Below the pieces are notes generated by a model, which did no database searches, was not told the DNA's origin, and saw only the letters and a program-made list of their open reading frames with translations. A DNA stretch of 64,000 bases from Azolla caroliniana (lineage: Eukaryota; Plantae; Polypodiophyta), in the NCBI GenBank assembly GCA_043228905.1, contig JBHGNT010000007.1, forward strand, positions 22,134,001 to 22,198,000. The letters are read 5' to 3'. How positions within the stretch are numbered: position 1 is the first letter of the stretch; the number at the start of each line of letters is the position of its first letter. The position numbers and the translations under genes were made by a program. Below are positions 22,532 through 36,900 of the stretch, in pieces.

Positions 22532-25500
22532 GAGGGTCGAGAGTCGAGCCAATTACGCATGTTCTCTTTTCTTCTTTGTTTTCTTCCTAGTAACTTATTT
22601 CTTTTCTCTTTCTCTTCCTGGTAACTTTTTGTTTATATGGTCTTTTTCTTTTTTAAGCACTCGAGTTGGTCTCTTGCTAGTTTCGGTAACTCAATGCGTT
22701 GTTGGAGGGCACGCGCGAGCCACGTGAATGTGTCTTTCTCCTTTTAATATGTTTTGGACACAATTGGGTTGGTCTAGTGGCAATGTGAGATTGTGTTAGC
22801 ACTTCAGTCATAGGTCGAGAGATATACACTTGGGGATTTGCCAAAATGATTGTCAATTAAGTCTCTATTTTTCTTTAAGAAAATAAAAGGAAAATGATTA
22901 AACCATTCCAAACGAGAGTGTAGAGGGGCACAAGATGAAGCTCACCTACCAAATGATTAGCCACATGGTTGTTAGCATCCCCCTTGTCATATGAAGAACA
23001 AAATTAATGGAAGTAGTATGGTTCCATAGTTTTCCAATGTATTCAAATCAAGAACCAACGCAATGGAAACAAACATCACAATGGTTGTCAACATTCCCTT
23101 TTTCCATTAATAGAAAGAACTATAACAAGATTAAGGATCCAAAATTTTTGATGTGCCTGAAAGGATTCCGATGTCAATGAATCAAAATTTAGACGCAACC
23201 CATTCATGTTGTGTGTGGTTAATGAATGGGCATGCACAAACATGATCCACTAAGAATACACGCATGGTTAAAGAATGAGGCGGGCATACACCACCCAGTT
23301 GCAATATGCACATTTTTGAAGTGACATACACTTCCCTTGGTAGGGTTGCTATTGATAGGAATATTTTAAGTGTCATTGTCAACCTTAAATTTCCTTGTTT
23401 CGTTTCTGATTTATCTTTGATTACTTGTGTGACAAGAATGGTTTTGTATCTTAACATTTATCCCCGAGAAAGAGGAACTAAAGTTAATGAAATGAGTACG
23501 TTTTAAAATGCACTTTGAAATTCTATTTCCTTCAAAGCCGTCATCTTGACACATAGACATGTATGTAATAAAATCATTAATCATAGTTATCTGAAGTAGT
23601 GGTTTTTGCAACTTGATAGAGAGAGAGAGAGAGGTATGTATTATAACGTGAAATAAATTTATGTATGTATTGTAACATGTGTTTAAAACAATGATATCAT
23701 CAATATGTCGTCCGTTATGATAGTCTTTCTCTATACTTTTTCAACATTCACAAGGAGTGAACTCTTGCCATCCAAAAAATTAGACATTGAACAATAAACT
23801 ATATGCACAATCTATAAAGTCCAAGGACACTTTGTGACAAACTGTCTAGTAGAGCTTTAAATTTGAATATTGCGATGCAAACCCTAATATCCCTCAAGCA
23901 ACCAAGACCAATGAAAGGGAATCTTGATCACATAAGATAAAAGCCTCATCAACAGGGAGTTGGCAACTTAGGCATTGCTATGAACATCATGTATGATTTA
24001 TAAGCAAGTGACCTACAAAACACAATGTTTTTTGTTGATCCTCTATCTCCTTGGTGTTATTTGATATAATAATAGAGCTTAATCATAATAGGAATGCATT
24101 CTTACTTGCCTTATGGATTATAACCTTTGAAACATTGTTATTGTGCTTAATCACACTAGTAGTCATAACCATAAGAAGTCAAATGTCCTAATTCCAAAAG
24201 TTTCATGAGATACATGCCCATGATATGGGTGAACAAGGCGTGAACCTACGTATGTCAATTCACAAATTTATTGTTATTCATGTACAATTATCACCCATTC
24301 AACATGCAATAGATTACTAATGCTCATATAGAGAGAAGACAATTTAACATGCAATAGATCACTCTTTAAGTATGTATTCCCAAAATTTACTTCAAAATAT
24401 GGTAAACTATAACATTGTGGAACTTGATCTCAAATAATTAATAATTTTTCCTACATTTGTCTTAATTGGCATAGAAGTTCTAGCTAGTGAACAGACAAGT
24501 TAACAATAGCAACAAATCTATGCCAAAAAAAACAATGAAATTAATTTAAAGTTTTGATCTTAAGCCAATTTAAGTTTTCGGATTTTGTTGTTAGCCTTCA
24601 AACATCAACTTCAAGTTACAAGACATGGGGTTTAGGATTTATGATGATGTGAACCTATGATTATAGCATTTACCTCTCCACATACACATATAGTACAATG
24701 ATTTTTATTGTTTAAACATTGATATTTTTTTACGTGCCAAAAACCTAATTATCCTAGTGTATATCTTCCCAAATGTTGGTTAAACCACATGCATGAGGTG
24801 TAATGATATATTAAGACAACGTGCAATACAAATAGCCATAAAAGAGAATGGTTTCGAATTGTCATCCTAGGAGGTCATTGACATATGATACAAAAAAAAC
24901 ATCATAATAGAGCCTCGTCTCCCAATGTTGATGTTGGACAACATGTGAGGAAGAGATGAGGATGAATATACCCAAGCTTAAGGTAGGTAGTTATATGAGG
25001 TCAATGGACTCAATGGTAGATAGTGGGAAACATTTGTTGATGGCTATATAATTTGTTGCACATCATAATATAAAGTATTCTTGTTCTTTAAGGTCTAGAT
25101 TGTGGCAAAGTATACACACACAAATGACGATGATATGTTATTTACCAAGAAAGATAAAGAGATATATGTATCTAGTAGTGATGATGATCTATTGTTCCAA
25201 TTATAGAGAGAGAACCCAAAATTCTAATATCTTTATGAAACACATGTAAGTTCCTTCTAACTCGAGTAATAACTACATACGTGGTAGCTAAGTAAAATGA
25301 TTTTTGTGATTTTCTTAGAGCAACTCACTTAAGACAATTGTATTTGCATCATACCTCAGAGTATGCATTGCAATACTTTGTATAGATACAAACATCTATA
25401 TGTAAATAATACAAATGATAGCAAAATGCATGAGAGGGACAATTCACAAAGAGACTTGATTGTTTTGGCAATTATTAAAATGTAAGTGTAGTTTTTATTA

Positions 25501-27249
25501 GAGAACCCTTTCCAATGGAGGTAGAATGTGGCAATGTTACGAGCCGACACAATAAATTGGGCATACATTATATATACATCGGTATGCCAAAGTATTGTCA
25601 TTTGAAAGTATATTATAGCGTTTCTTGAGCTGGAGATGTAAACAATTAATATTTTGTGTTTACATCTATAATTTTGAATTCAGTAGCATATTTGTATCAA
25701 CCAAATGGCATATATTGGTTTCGATTTATGATGCACGGATTGATTTGTTGTTCTTTGATATTTGAATGCATTGCCTTATCTAAAAGAAACAATGTGAAAG
25801 AAAATATATAAATGGAAATGTATCAAGTTTTATTGTTCTGATCTGTTTGATTCCTTGATGGGACACATGACAGAGGCAAAGATTATGGCTACACGACTGC
25901 TATATATATATATATATGGATAACAACTTTCAATCATTGTCAAAGCACTACTAGCAAATTTGATATTCAACAACACATAGAAGACTAGATATCTTGTTGA
26001 GGAATCTATGCGTATTCGCATCTAGAGTTTATCAATATGAAAAGTTATTATTCATGGCGTACATAATCATAATGTTGAGGTTATGTACAGTATTGATGCT
26101 AGAAATCACTGCTCAACATTTTAATTTTCTAAATCCGCATAAAGTAAGATGCTAGTCATGTTTACAATGTAGCATTAGGGTCTTAGTCTACATATTCATC
26201 ATTTCAATTAAGATGCATGTTTTGGGCACTTTTAATCTACTCATAGATCTATGCTTCTTTATCAATCTATCGCATCTTATTTCTTCTCTCCATGTCCTAT
26301 TTATACAGTAAACTAATAAATTTTAATTAATCGCTTTGTTATCTTCTAGTCAAGTATAAGTTGTATTTAGAAAAGATGAGTTTCACTCTCAATCAATGGC
26401 CTTGTAGCAATACTTTCATAATTAAGCCTCTAGACGCGTGCGTCTCTACATTTATGCAGTAATTTGTTGTCCCTTGTAAATTGACAAGTCAAAAGGAACA
26501 AAGTAATCAAAAAATCCCACACTTTTATCCTTATTCTAATGATGAAAACCCACATATGCTTCTTTAACTCTCCACTATACAGAAAAAGCATGCTTTTAAG
26601 GAAGGAACTCTATCGTCAACGCATTGTTTAGGTATATGACACCTTGAACGAATTTGATTCCTAATAAGAAATGTATCACTTTCATTTAGTTATGAAAAGT
26701 GATAGTAACTTACATACATCATAATCGAATATCCGACTCACTTTCGTAGCATAATATAATGTTGAGAAACTCATGCCAAAATAGAAAATTGCCACTTGCT
26801 TGATCCCCCCCATGCTCATTTACAAATGTGATGAATATAACGATCACATGACTTTCCCAACCAAACTGGATTGGTTTTTGAAGAGCCCAATAACAATTGA
26901 TAACCAAGCAACTTTGGAAAAAACAAATGTTTCTTTTTCCCAAGAAAAGATACTACATTAACATTAAGAAAAGCCCTACAATGCATATGAAATATGTACA
27001 TTAGGTAATTACGCCCATTTTTTGATGAAGGTTAAGTTCTAACTATTCACTTAAAGAAATACTTCGATATAGAGTAAAACCACTCCACCTTGTCAAAAGT
27101 CTATTTGTAAAACATTTCTTTGTTCCATATGGCATGAAACTCCAATCCTTGTAACTTTGCTCATTGTGTATTACCATTTATGTTATCGAGAGAACCACTA
27201 AGATTATGCACAATCTCTATCCAAATCCCGGTAATTATCTAACCAAAGA

Positions 27250-27975
27250 GTTTGTCACATTTTGGAATACCTTCAAGCACTTTGCCATCCAATTATAGAA
27301 AATTTGGATACTACTTACCAATTGCCATATTTAAGATTTATTAGTCTCTATTCATGGATTCAAGGGTATAATTGTTTTTAGCATCGGACCAAGTCTCATA
27401 GAAAGAGCATATGCAACATCCTCCAATTCAAATAACATTAGTTGACCTTGAACAACCACCCATAATACCACCCCCATGTATACATTGCTCGAGGATATAT
27501 TGGTATTAATAGATTTAAGTTTCTTTTCCATATTTCCATCGCAAAATCACAACTCCACAAACAATGCTTAACAATTTGCATTAGATACATACAAAAAGGA
27601 CATATATTGTTTGCATTCAATTTGCATTAGATACATACAAAAAGGACATATTTTGTTTGCATTCACCCCTTTTCTCTAGTGCCCATTAATTGGTATAACT
27701 CTACAAATCAACAACCATCTAAAACAAATAAATTTTATGTTCATTTTTATGCCCCACAACCATTTCCAAAATTGTTTGAGTTATGGAAAAAGTGTATTCT
27801 ATCTCCAGAAAACATTTGCATCCTGTTTTTTCTATGACCTAGCACATAATATTTCCTACCAATCTTCTTAGAAGATTGAAAAAAGGCATCTATTTATATG
27901 AGCTTGAAACAACGCTTTCCAATAATGATCACCAAGATCCCAAGTTAACCTAGACATTGGTCTCCTTTCCATACT
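27250..27975 (-). mobile_element. Old L1-like LINE 3' fragment (zf-RVT region)
   Basis: FWKWLWG...FRWLL and CPFC...KHCLWSCDFAMEIW. Confidence 0.7.
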
Positions 27976-27979
27976 CCAC

Positions 27980-30900
27980 CTTTCTTTTTCTTTTTTTTTC
28001 CAAAAAAAACTCCTTCCATTAGTTATAGAATTTTACAGATGAGAGTATTATATACAAATCCCTGTAGGGACACGATAGTTCCATCTTATGTGGATGCCCA
28101 TGAACTCAAGAAAGGGAGAGGATGACCATTGTTGGATAAAGGCTAGTCGTTGTCTTTCAACTCCATCAAAGCCACCCTTGAGGCCATCGTATTGGCTCTT
28201 TAGAGTGGCTACAACTGCACTCCATATGTCTTGCATTAACATTATTGGATGCATAGTTTGGTTGGAGAAGACCCATCTACACTGTTGTTTCCATAGAATC
28301 TAGAGAGTTATTGGGCTGGCCAATTCCAACACAACTTGAGATTTGGCATTAATAGGAGTTGAGTGGATATTGCCGATGGTGGAAAAAAGAACTTCTTGTG
28401 CTTTTATTACCAAAGTCATCCCTTCCTCCTGATGCTCATACCTGTTAACTGGGGAGCCTTGCCATGATAGCCAACATACATTCCCCCACTTGATTGTGCC
28501 TTGCACCTGGCATAATTGGAATAGACCGTCAATCCCCTACCATATTTGATGGGTCTCTGGGCAGTCCCACAGAGCGTGTCAGATTGATTCTATTGCATTT
28601 GGGCACGCTACACAATTAGGAAAGCTAAGGTTCCCACATTGCCACGCTCCAACTGGTAATGACTTATGTATTAATGACCATTGGAATGTGGTAATTCGCC
28701 TCATGTGTTGTTGTTTCCAGAATTTCTGCCAAAGCATGGTGATAATTGTGTGAGAAACATGATATGTGTGCCAGACCTTTGCATCAGCTGACTCTTGGGC
28801 GGTTTGAGCGGCTTGAATGTGGCGACCCAATCTATTCGTGAATTGGAAAAAAGGGATGACTTTGCTTCCTTGACTCGCATAAGGAACGCGCCATGTCCAT
28901 TGCAAAGTGTCCCAACTGACCTTACATAGGCATGTGTTTTCATGAGTACATATGTGCCATCCTGGTTGTACTTTGATCGGATCGAGATCTACAATCCATT
29001 TATGACCAGTATATGTGAGTACTCGAATTGCCCTATTCAATGTTAGTATCTCATTATCTCGCAATTCAGAGCCTTCAATCATGTTTGGTGTTTCCCTACC
29101 TCTTGGAATCAAAGAGGCCTCCTCCTCGTAGCCTATCCATTTCGCTTTGGATTGTGAGAGGGGATCAATAAGACCCAATCTTCCTTTTGACTTAGGTAAT
29201 GTGAGTATAGGCCATGCCACCTTGGCCTGAGCTACATGATCTTCCTTACCAAACCAAATGTAGTTGCATACCAGTCACTAAATCCGGTGTATACTTTCCT
29301 TGGAGATTGTCCAACATGATAGGTTGTATCATGCTGTTGCAAATAAGGCCCGATTTACCACTATGATATGATCCGCTAGCGAGAGTTTTTTCCAATTTCA
29401 ATGCATCGACTTTTGTCAAATGGAGTGAATAATTGGTGCAATCATATTGTCTGGAGGAATGTTGAATCCAATTTGGAAACCCAAATATTTGGTGCTCGCT
29501 CCCTGATTGATCCACTTGAAAGTAGGTTGCGGGTGCCACACAGGATGTGCTTCATGAGAAAGCCATATTGCATAGGATTTGTGCCAATTGATCATGGCAT
29601 TTGATCTCTTGCAAAATACGACTAATCCACTTTCTAGATTTGCAGATTTTCTAAGTCCCCTGGCAGGTAGACCGCAATGTCATCTGCAAATTCTATATCC
29701 AGGAGGCTTTGGTGAGAGTGCAGCACAAGAAGACCACCTAGGTTTAGATGCTACAAGTTGAGAAAGCTAGAGAGTGATTCAACGTATAATAGAAATAAGG
29801 ATGGAGCCGGTGGGCATCACTGTCGTATAGATCGTGATATTCGGAAGAAGGGACCCCTTTCATCTGCTAGTGAAACACAATTGTTGGTGTTCCTATAAAG
29901 TCTTGCAATGCCTTTGATCCATGCCTCTTGAAAGCTGATTTTCCCCATCACACTTTCTAGAAATTTTCAGCATAATACCCTGTCATATACTTTCTAAAAA
30001 TCTAGGAGCACCATAGCTACCTTGTTGTTGGTACGCTTGGCAAGGGCTATTGCTTCCCAGAATGAGAAAAGGTTGTCTACGATGCTTCAATTTCTAACAA
30101 AACCTTTCTAGGACAGAGAGATGAATAAGTTGAGGGAGAAGTGGTGCTAAGTGGCGTGCCACGTTTTTTGCAAGCAACTTATAGATAATATTGAGAAGAG
30201 TTATGGGTCGCCACTTACTAATGTCGTTGGCACTGCCGCCGCTTTTAGGAATGAGATGTATCATCCCTTGTCCAAATTCCTCCGACATGTTTCCAGAAGT
30301 GATGATCTCCTCATGTCTTCTTTAATAGTGTCCCAAAGGCTTGTGAAGAAGTGAGGGGCGAGGCCATTGATTCTGGAGCAACTAGCTACATCCAAATCAA
30401 AGAGGGCCTCCCATATCTCGATGATTGACAAGGGATGCGTGGGCCATGTATTCATTTCCTTCGTGACTTTCTAGGGTATGGTCTGGAGGATAATATCTCC
30501 TCTTGTGTCTTCCCCTGAGGCCATACTATCTTCGGTAAGTAGTCGCTTATAGTAGGTTGTGGCGATATTCCTCATTTCTTCGCCATCCTCAGTGGTCGTT
30601 CCATCCTCTCAGTTGAGGCTGCGCATCACTGTTCTAGCGTGCCCTTGGTCCCTTGGATCGGAAGAATTCCTTTGTCACGGTTTTGTCCCCTACTAGAATC
30701 TAGTGAGCCATGCTTCCATGAAACTCCATGTCATAGATTGCCTTTTCTGCCATGATGAGTTCTTGTTTGGCCATGGCAACCTGTCCCCCGATCCAACTAC
30801 ATGATGGGTATCTCTATTGGAGTCGTTGTAAGGCAATTAGTCCTTGATTTGTCCTCAATCACTTTTCTTAAGCATCCTTACTTCTGATCTTGATGATCTC

Positions 30901-33900
30901 GTGTAATAGACTTGAAGTTCTTGTTAGTTTAACTAGAAGTTTGTTGGATGCTGATGAGTCATTAAAGGGTAATGACCATTGGGTGGTGAGTTGTTCCTTC
31001 ACCTCTGTAACTGTGTAAATAGTGTGTGGGATTCGAGGTTGGAATGGACCCCACTTTTGGTGCAATTGAAAATGATCGATTATTGGGTAGTGGTCGGAGA
31101 AAGTTGTGCCTGGAGTTATGCGGTATCATCCTCCCTTCGCTTCTAGGGCCTTGCCTACATAAATACAGTCGATGCGAGATAGGGTAGGTCCACTATTCCG
31201 CTCATTTGATCGGGAAAATAAGAGAGAGTCCCTTTTTCGTTGGAATTTGTCTGAATGCCATATATCTCCCAGGTTAAGGTGGACACATAACTTCTTCCAT
31301 TGTTTACGGTCCCATCCTTGGAGAACTATGGGATTGTTGTTAGAGCCATTGTGACGGGATTCGATCATATAAAAATCCCCTCCAATGCAACACTCCTACT
31401 CACCCGTTACTTGTAGGCGGATGCGCTCCTAGAATGTTGCCCTTTTTGTTCTGTTATTTGGAGCATAAACATTCATGAAATTCCAGTGTTGCCCTTGGAT
31501 GGCCAACGTGCAAAAATGTGCCCTACCAGGTATAAGTGATTCTTGGTGTATTAAGCCTTGGGCTAGATGTTCCCGAATTAAAGTGCAAACACCACCATGA
31601 TTTCCATCCTCCCCTATTGCTGGCTCCCAAATTGTTCACCACAATCCTAGTAGAAGGTCTCCGACTTCCTTGGAACGGGTACTATCGAGGTGGCGTTCTT
31701 GCAACATGATGATGTTAGCAACACCCCCTAATATATATTCCTCAAGATCCATTCTCAGTTTCCATCTGTTTTGTTGGTCTAGTCGACTCTTGAGCCCTTG
31801 CACATTCGATGTTACCACATTCATAATCATGGAATGGGGTGGTAGATTTCCAGGTGTTCCTGATGCTTTGCACAACAAACCGTGAGTGGGGAGCACTCAC
31901 AATTTAGACATACTGTCATTTTCATCGGTGGAATGATGGTCCAGATCCATGAGTGGAGTTTGTGGGCTATCCGATTAGCTTCAATAGCCCCTTCTTGCTC
32001 ATAGAAATAGAAAATGTCGGGTGTTAGTTGAATGTCTATGATAGTCCGCAAGTGGATATGGCAGAGATGAGGTTCCTCTTTATCCATGGTGCACCAGAAT
32101 TCTGTGTTATTCTAGTGCTTCTTTAGTTCGTTCATGAGGTCTACATCTCTTATTCTTGTTACAAAACATGCTGCTTGGCTACATAACGTATCTTTAATCT
32201 TGGACTTGGACGAGGCTTCTTGTGTTGGAAGCAAGAGTGGAAATGTTGAGCGAGCAAGCTCAACCGGATCCGGATCAACTGAATAAGCCTGAGCCGGATC
32301 GGTATCCGAAAACAACCGACCGGATCGGGGAGATGGATTCAAGCGGGAACCGGAATCCTAGTAGTAGCCTAGACTACTAGGTAATCATTGTCTCGTAGTT
32401 AATGTCAGTTGCACGTAGGAATATTGAAGTACCTGTCAGTACTTCTATCAGTCCTTTATGGACTTGTATAAATAGTGTTGTTTAACACGTTGTCTGTACA
32501 GAGTTATAAAGTATTTTTACTTTTGAATCTACGTTTACGTTCTTCTCTCTCTGTCTCTCCCGCGTATACTCTTTGTGTACTAAGCTTCTCCATTAAACCT
32601 TCATCTTATTCTCTGTTGTTATCTGGCTGAGCCGGTTTTGTCTAACGCTTCCCCACGTTAACATTCACATGGTATCAGAGCGCGAGGGTTGAGAACCTTT
32701 GCAGTCGACACTTGCTTTCGTAGACGAACCCTAGAAACCAGTAACAATAGACAAAGAGAAGATATGGACAGAGGAATGGCGAGTTCACTTCCAACAGAGA
32801 AGCTCGACCGGAGCAACTACGCATCCTGGTCATACAAAATGGCCTAGTACCTGCTGGGGCATGAATATTGGAGCTTCATGGAACGAACGAACGAGGTAGC
32901 ATCGGAGCCGACACACAATGACTTCCAGTTATGGGAGCAAGGAGCGAGCTGAGTATTGTACTGCCTAGTGTCCTGTGTACATGACCAGATGCTTGGCTAC
33001 ATAAAGGATGCAAAAACGCCGAAGGAGGCTTGGGGAAATTTGAGGAAGATTTTCGCCACGAGTACCACAACTCGTAAGTTGCAGCTCCAACAAGAGATGA
33101 ACAACATCCGACAAAGAGACATGTCGGTTACGGACTACACCACCAAGATAAAGGAGATTTGTGACGCACTTGGGTTCATCTATGTGACGGTGGATGAAGA
33201 CGAGATGGTACAAATCTGCCTCGGTGGTCTAGCGCAAAGGTACGGGCCAATCCGGACAATGATCTGCACCCGGGAGAAGCCACTTTCTTCGACTTGCAAT
33301 AGATGCTAATGATCAAAGAAAACCATGTGAGTGGGTCGAGGACCACTCAATCGGACGACCGGATGCTGTACACGGAGACAGATCGGCCTCATGGACGTGG
33401 TGGACGAGGTGGGTCGGCACACAATGGAGGTGGCTGACAAGAGCAGGACCGGAGGCACAGAGGTAGTCCCGACAGTAGTTCGAGACCCTCCACAAGCAGG
33501 GGGAGTCAAAGCGACGCCAAAAGCGGACAAGGAATAGCCGACACAGAATGCTGGTATTGTGGCAAAAAGGGCCATAGGGAAAGCGAGTGCTAGAAGAAGC
33601 GCGCCGATTCAGACAAATCCGGATCTAGAAAAATTGATCAGGAAAACCGGCAAAGCTCGCACTACATAGAAGGATCGGAAGGATCCAGAACCGGGAAGAT
33701 CGGTAAAGCGCCAACCTTCGTGATGAAGCACAAGGCTAACTCGATGAAGAAGACTAGTTCCAAATCGGAGGAAGTATGGTACGTTGATTCCGGAGCGTCC
33801 AACCACATAACGAGCCATGAAGAGTGGTTCTTGTTTTCGGAGAAACCGGAACAACCGGGAATCATCGAAACCGGAGATGACACCCCTCACCCGATTGTGC

Positions 33901-36900
33901 ATGTCAGAGAAGTCCCTTTGGGCCATGTCGGATAGAAGGGGAAGCTGATGAACGTATTAGACATACCGACAATCACAAAGAACCTGGTGTCGGTCAGACA
34001 AATCGTCGACCAGGGGATGCAGGTGCGGTTTACGCATCTCGGGTGCTTCATCGAGGAAGATGGCCGGATAATCGCGCAAGGGCGTAGAGAAGGGAGGATG
34101 TTTTTCCTCAACACAAATGACATTGGCACCACCATTTTTGCCAAAGGATAGAAGATTGAATCATAACTCAATCTCTGGCATAAGCGGATTGGCCACGTCA
34201 ATTATCGGAGGCTTCAAGACCTGTAATTGAAACAAGTCGTTTTCGGTTTGCCGAAATTTAGCGGCTGGAAGGCCGAAATTTGTGAAGCCTGCCAACTCGG
34301 GAAGCATCACCGGCATCCATTCCCCACCGAACAAAATCAGAGCCGTAACAAGCTCGACCTAATCCATTCAGATGTATGGGGACCAACATAGAACATTAGT
34401 CTTGGCGCGAGTTGATAATTCGTCTCCTTCATCGACGACTATAGTCGGCACACGTGGATCTACCTCATCGAACGAAAAAGCAAAGTCTTCGAATGTTTCC
34501 GGAACTTGCAAAGCTTAGTTGAACGGGAAATGGAGAGGAAGGTCAAGTGCTTGCGGTGGGATGGCGGAAAAGAATACTTTTCCGGCCAATTCAACAATTA
34601 TCTGCAACAGAACGGAATTCGGAGAGAATTCAACTACAGATACACATCGGAGCAAAACGGTGTGGCTGAAAGGAAGAACTAGTCGATTGTTGACGCGGCA
34701 AGGGCAATGCTGGAGGAGAAAATCATGCCCCAATTCTATTGGGCTGAGGCGGTTCGGACGACTGTCTACATCCAAAACCGGATCGGAGACAAGGTGTCAA
34801 CACACGAGTTGTATTTCGGGTGCAAGCCGAATTTGAGACACCTTCTGATATTCGGTAGCATAGCATATGTGCATGTACCGGATGAGAAGCAGAGGAAGCT
34901 GGATCTGAAGTCGGAGAAGTGCATCCTAGTTGGCTACTCGCATGAGCAAAAGGGGTATAAGTGCTAAAACCCCCAGACTAAGCAAGTCCGAGTAAGCCGA
35001 GATGTCGAGTTTGATGAGAGGACATCATGGTACTCCCTACCGACTCCAACTCCCGATGAAGAGCCGATTCTGGAAGATGAGGCTAGTGAGCCCGAGGAGG
35101 TCCAGGAAGAAGATGAAGAACTCGGCACTCTAGAAGAGAGTCTGATCGCATTCCGGATAAGTGGACCGAATGAGCGGCTGAGTTGGGATGACCAATCGGT
35201 TGAAGAACCGGCGAGTGGTGGAGACTCTGTCGTGCTCTCCCTGCGCAAGGAACTGAGGAGACGGTTCACGCGCAAAGAGAAAGGGAAGTAGAAAATGTAG
35301 GAATATGAAGCCGGCATCGTTGAGTCGGATCGGAGTGAATCCAACTCTGGAAAGGACGAAGGCGGATCTTCGGGACCGAAGTCCGAACTGGCCAAGAAGG
35401 GCCCCAAACCGGGTGATGACAAATTACGCCAGTCTTCTAGTCAGAAGAACCCCGTTATGCGGTACGAATACAATGAGTACATGGCGCATCACTATGCGTG
35501 GATGACTAAAGTGGTGGATGTGCATGAGCTGGAGAGCTACGCCGAAGCGGCAAAGGACGCAAATTGGCACATGGGACCTCGTTGACCCTCCCCGACACTG
35601 TAAACCGATCGGTTGCAAATGGGTGTACAAGGTAAAGTACAATGCCAACGGTTCGGTCAACCGGTACAAGGCCCGGTTAGTGGCGAAGGGATACGCACAA
35701 ACCCATGGAATCGACTACGACGAAATCTTCGCTCCGGTAGCGGAGATGACGACGGTTAGTGTGGTACTAGCGGTTGTTGCGGCAACGGGGTGGCATCTTC
35801 ACCAGATGGACATGAAGAATGTGTTTCTTCAAGGTGACCTTGAAGAACGGGTCTATATGATCCAACCTCCCGATTTTCAGTCTAAGATAAACAAGTCGGC
35901 GGTGTGCCGGCTTAAAAAGTTGCTTTACGGTCTGAAACAAGCCCCCCGAGCTTGGAATGCAAAGATCATGCACTGGTTGCGTAAGATGGGGTTTGTGACC
36001 TCTAAATCCGACTAATTGTTGTTCATCTGGCAAGGTCAGGACGGTCCGGTTTGCATCTTACTTTATGTAGATGATTTAGTCATCACCGGACCCGGACTCA
36101 ATGAAATCGACCGTGTCAAGGCCTAGCTATCGGATGCATTTGAGATGAAGGATCTAGGGGACCTTCATTATTTCCTTGGGATTGAGGTGATCCGAACCCT
36201 CAACGGCATATTGATCTCACAACGACACTATGGGTTGAATATGTTGTACAAGTTCGACATGACGGAATGTTGACCCATCTCCACACCCCTGGACTGGAAC
36301 CAGAAGCTCCGTCCTAACTCCGGACCGGCCTACGATGAGAAACGGTTCTGACAAATAGTCGGAAGCCTGATATACTTGACAATCACCCGATCCGACATCA
36401 GTTATCCAGTCGGTGTGATCAACCAATTCATGCAGAAGCCAATGGTGGAGCACCTTTAGTGCGTGCATCGAATATTGCGATATGTGAGCGGCACGAAGGA
36501 CCGGGGATTGTTATACCGACATGGTATAAAAGAAAAGCTAGTCGGATACACAGATGCTGACTGGGCTGGTGATGCATCTGATCACCGATCCACCTCCGGT
36601 TACATGTTTTCTCTAGGTAGCACGATTGTTGCGTGGAGCAGCAAAAAGCAGCCAACAGTGGGTTTGTCGAGCGTTGAGGCTGAGTACCGGGGCGCTACCA
36701 ATGCCACCTGTGAAGCCATCTGGCTTCGGCGACTACTATGAGATCTCCGGATTGAGGTGTCGACCCCGATCCTAATCTACTATGACAACATGAGCAACAT
36801 TCAGCTCGCCAAGAACCCAGTGTTCCATCCTTGGACAAAGTACATAGAAGTGCATTATCACTTCGTGCGTGAGCGGGTCCTGAGCGGTGAAGTCGAACTT

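Noticed and set aside
21979-22727. ORFs with HTHT, CVCV and ERER runs
   Set aside because: These are translations of microsatellites.
23000-27200. Possible decayed DNA transposon
   Set aside because: Only short ORFs without recognisable domains, so no call can be supported.
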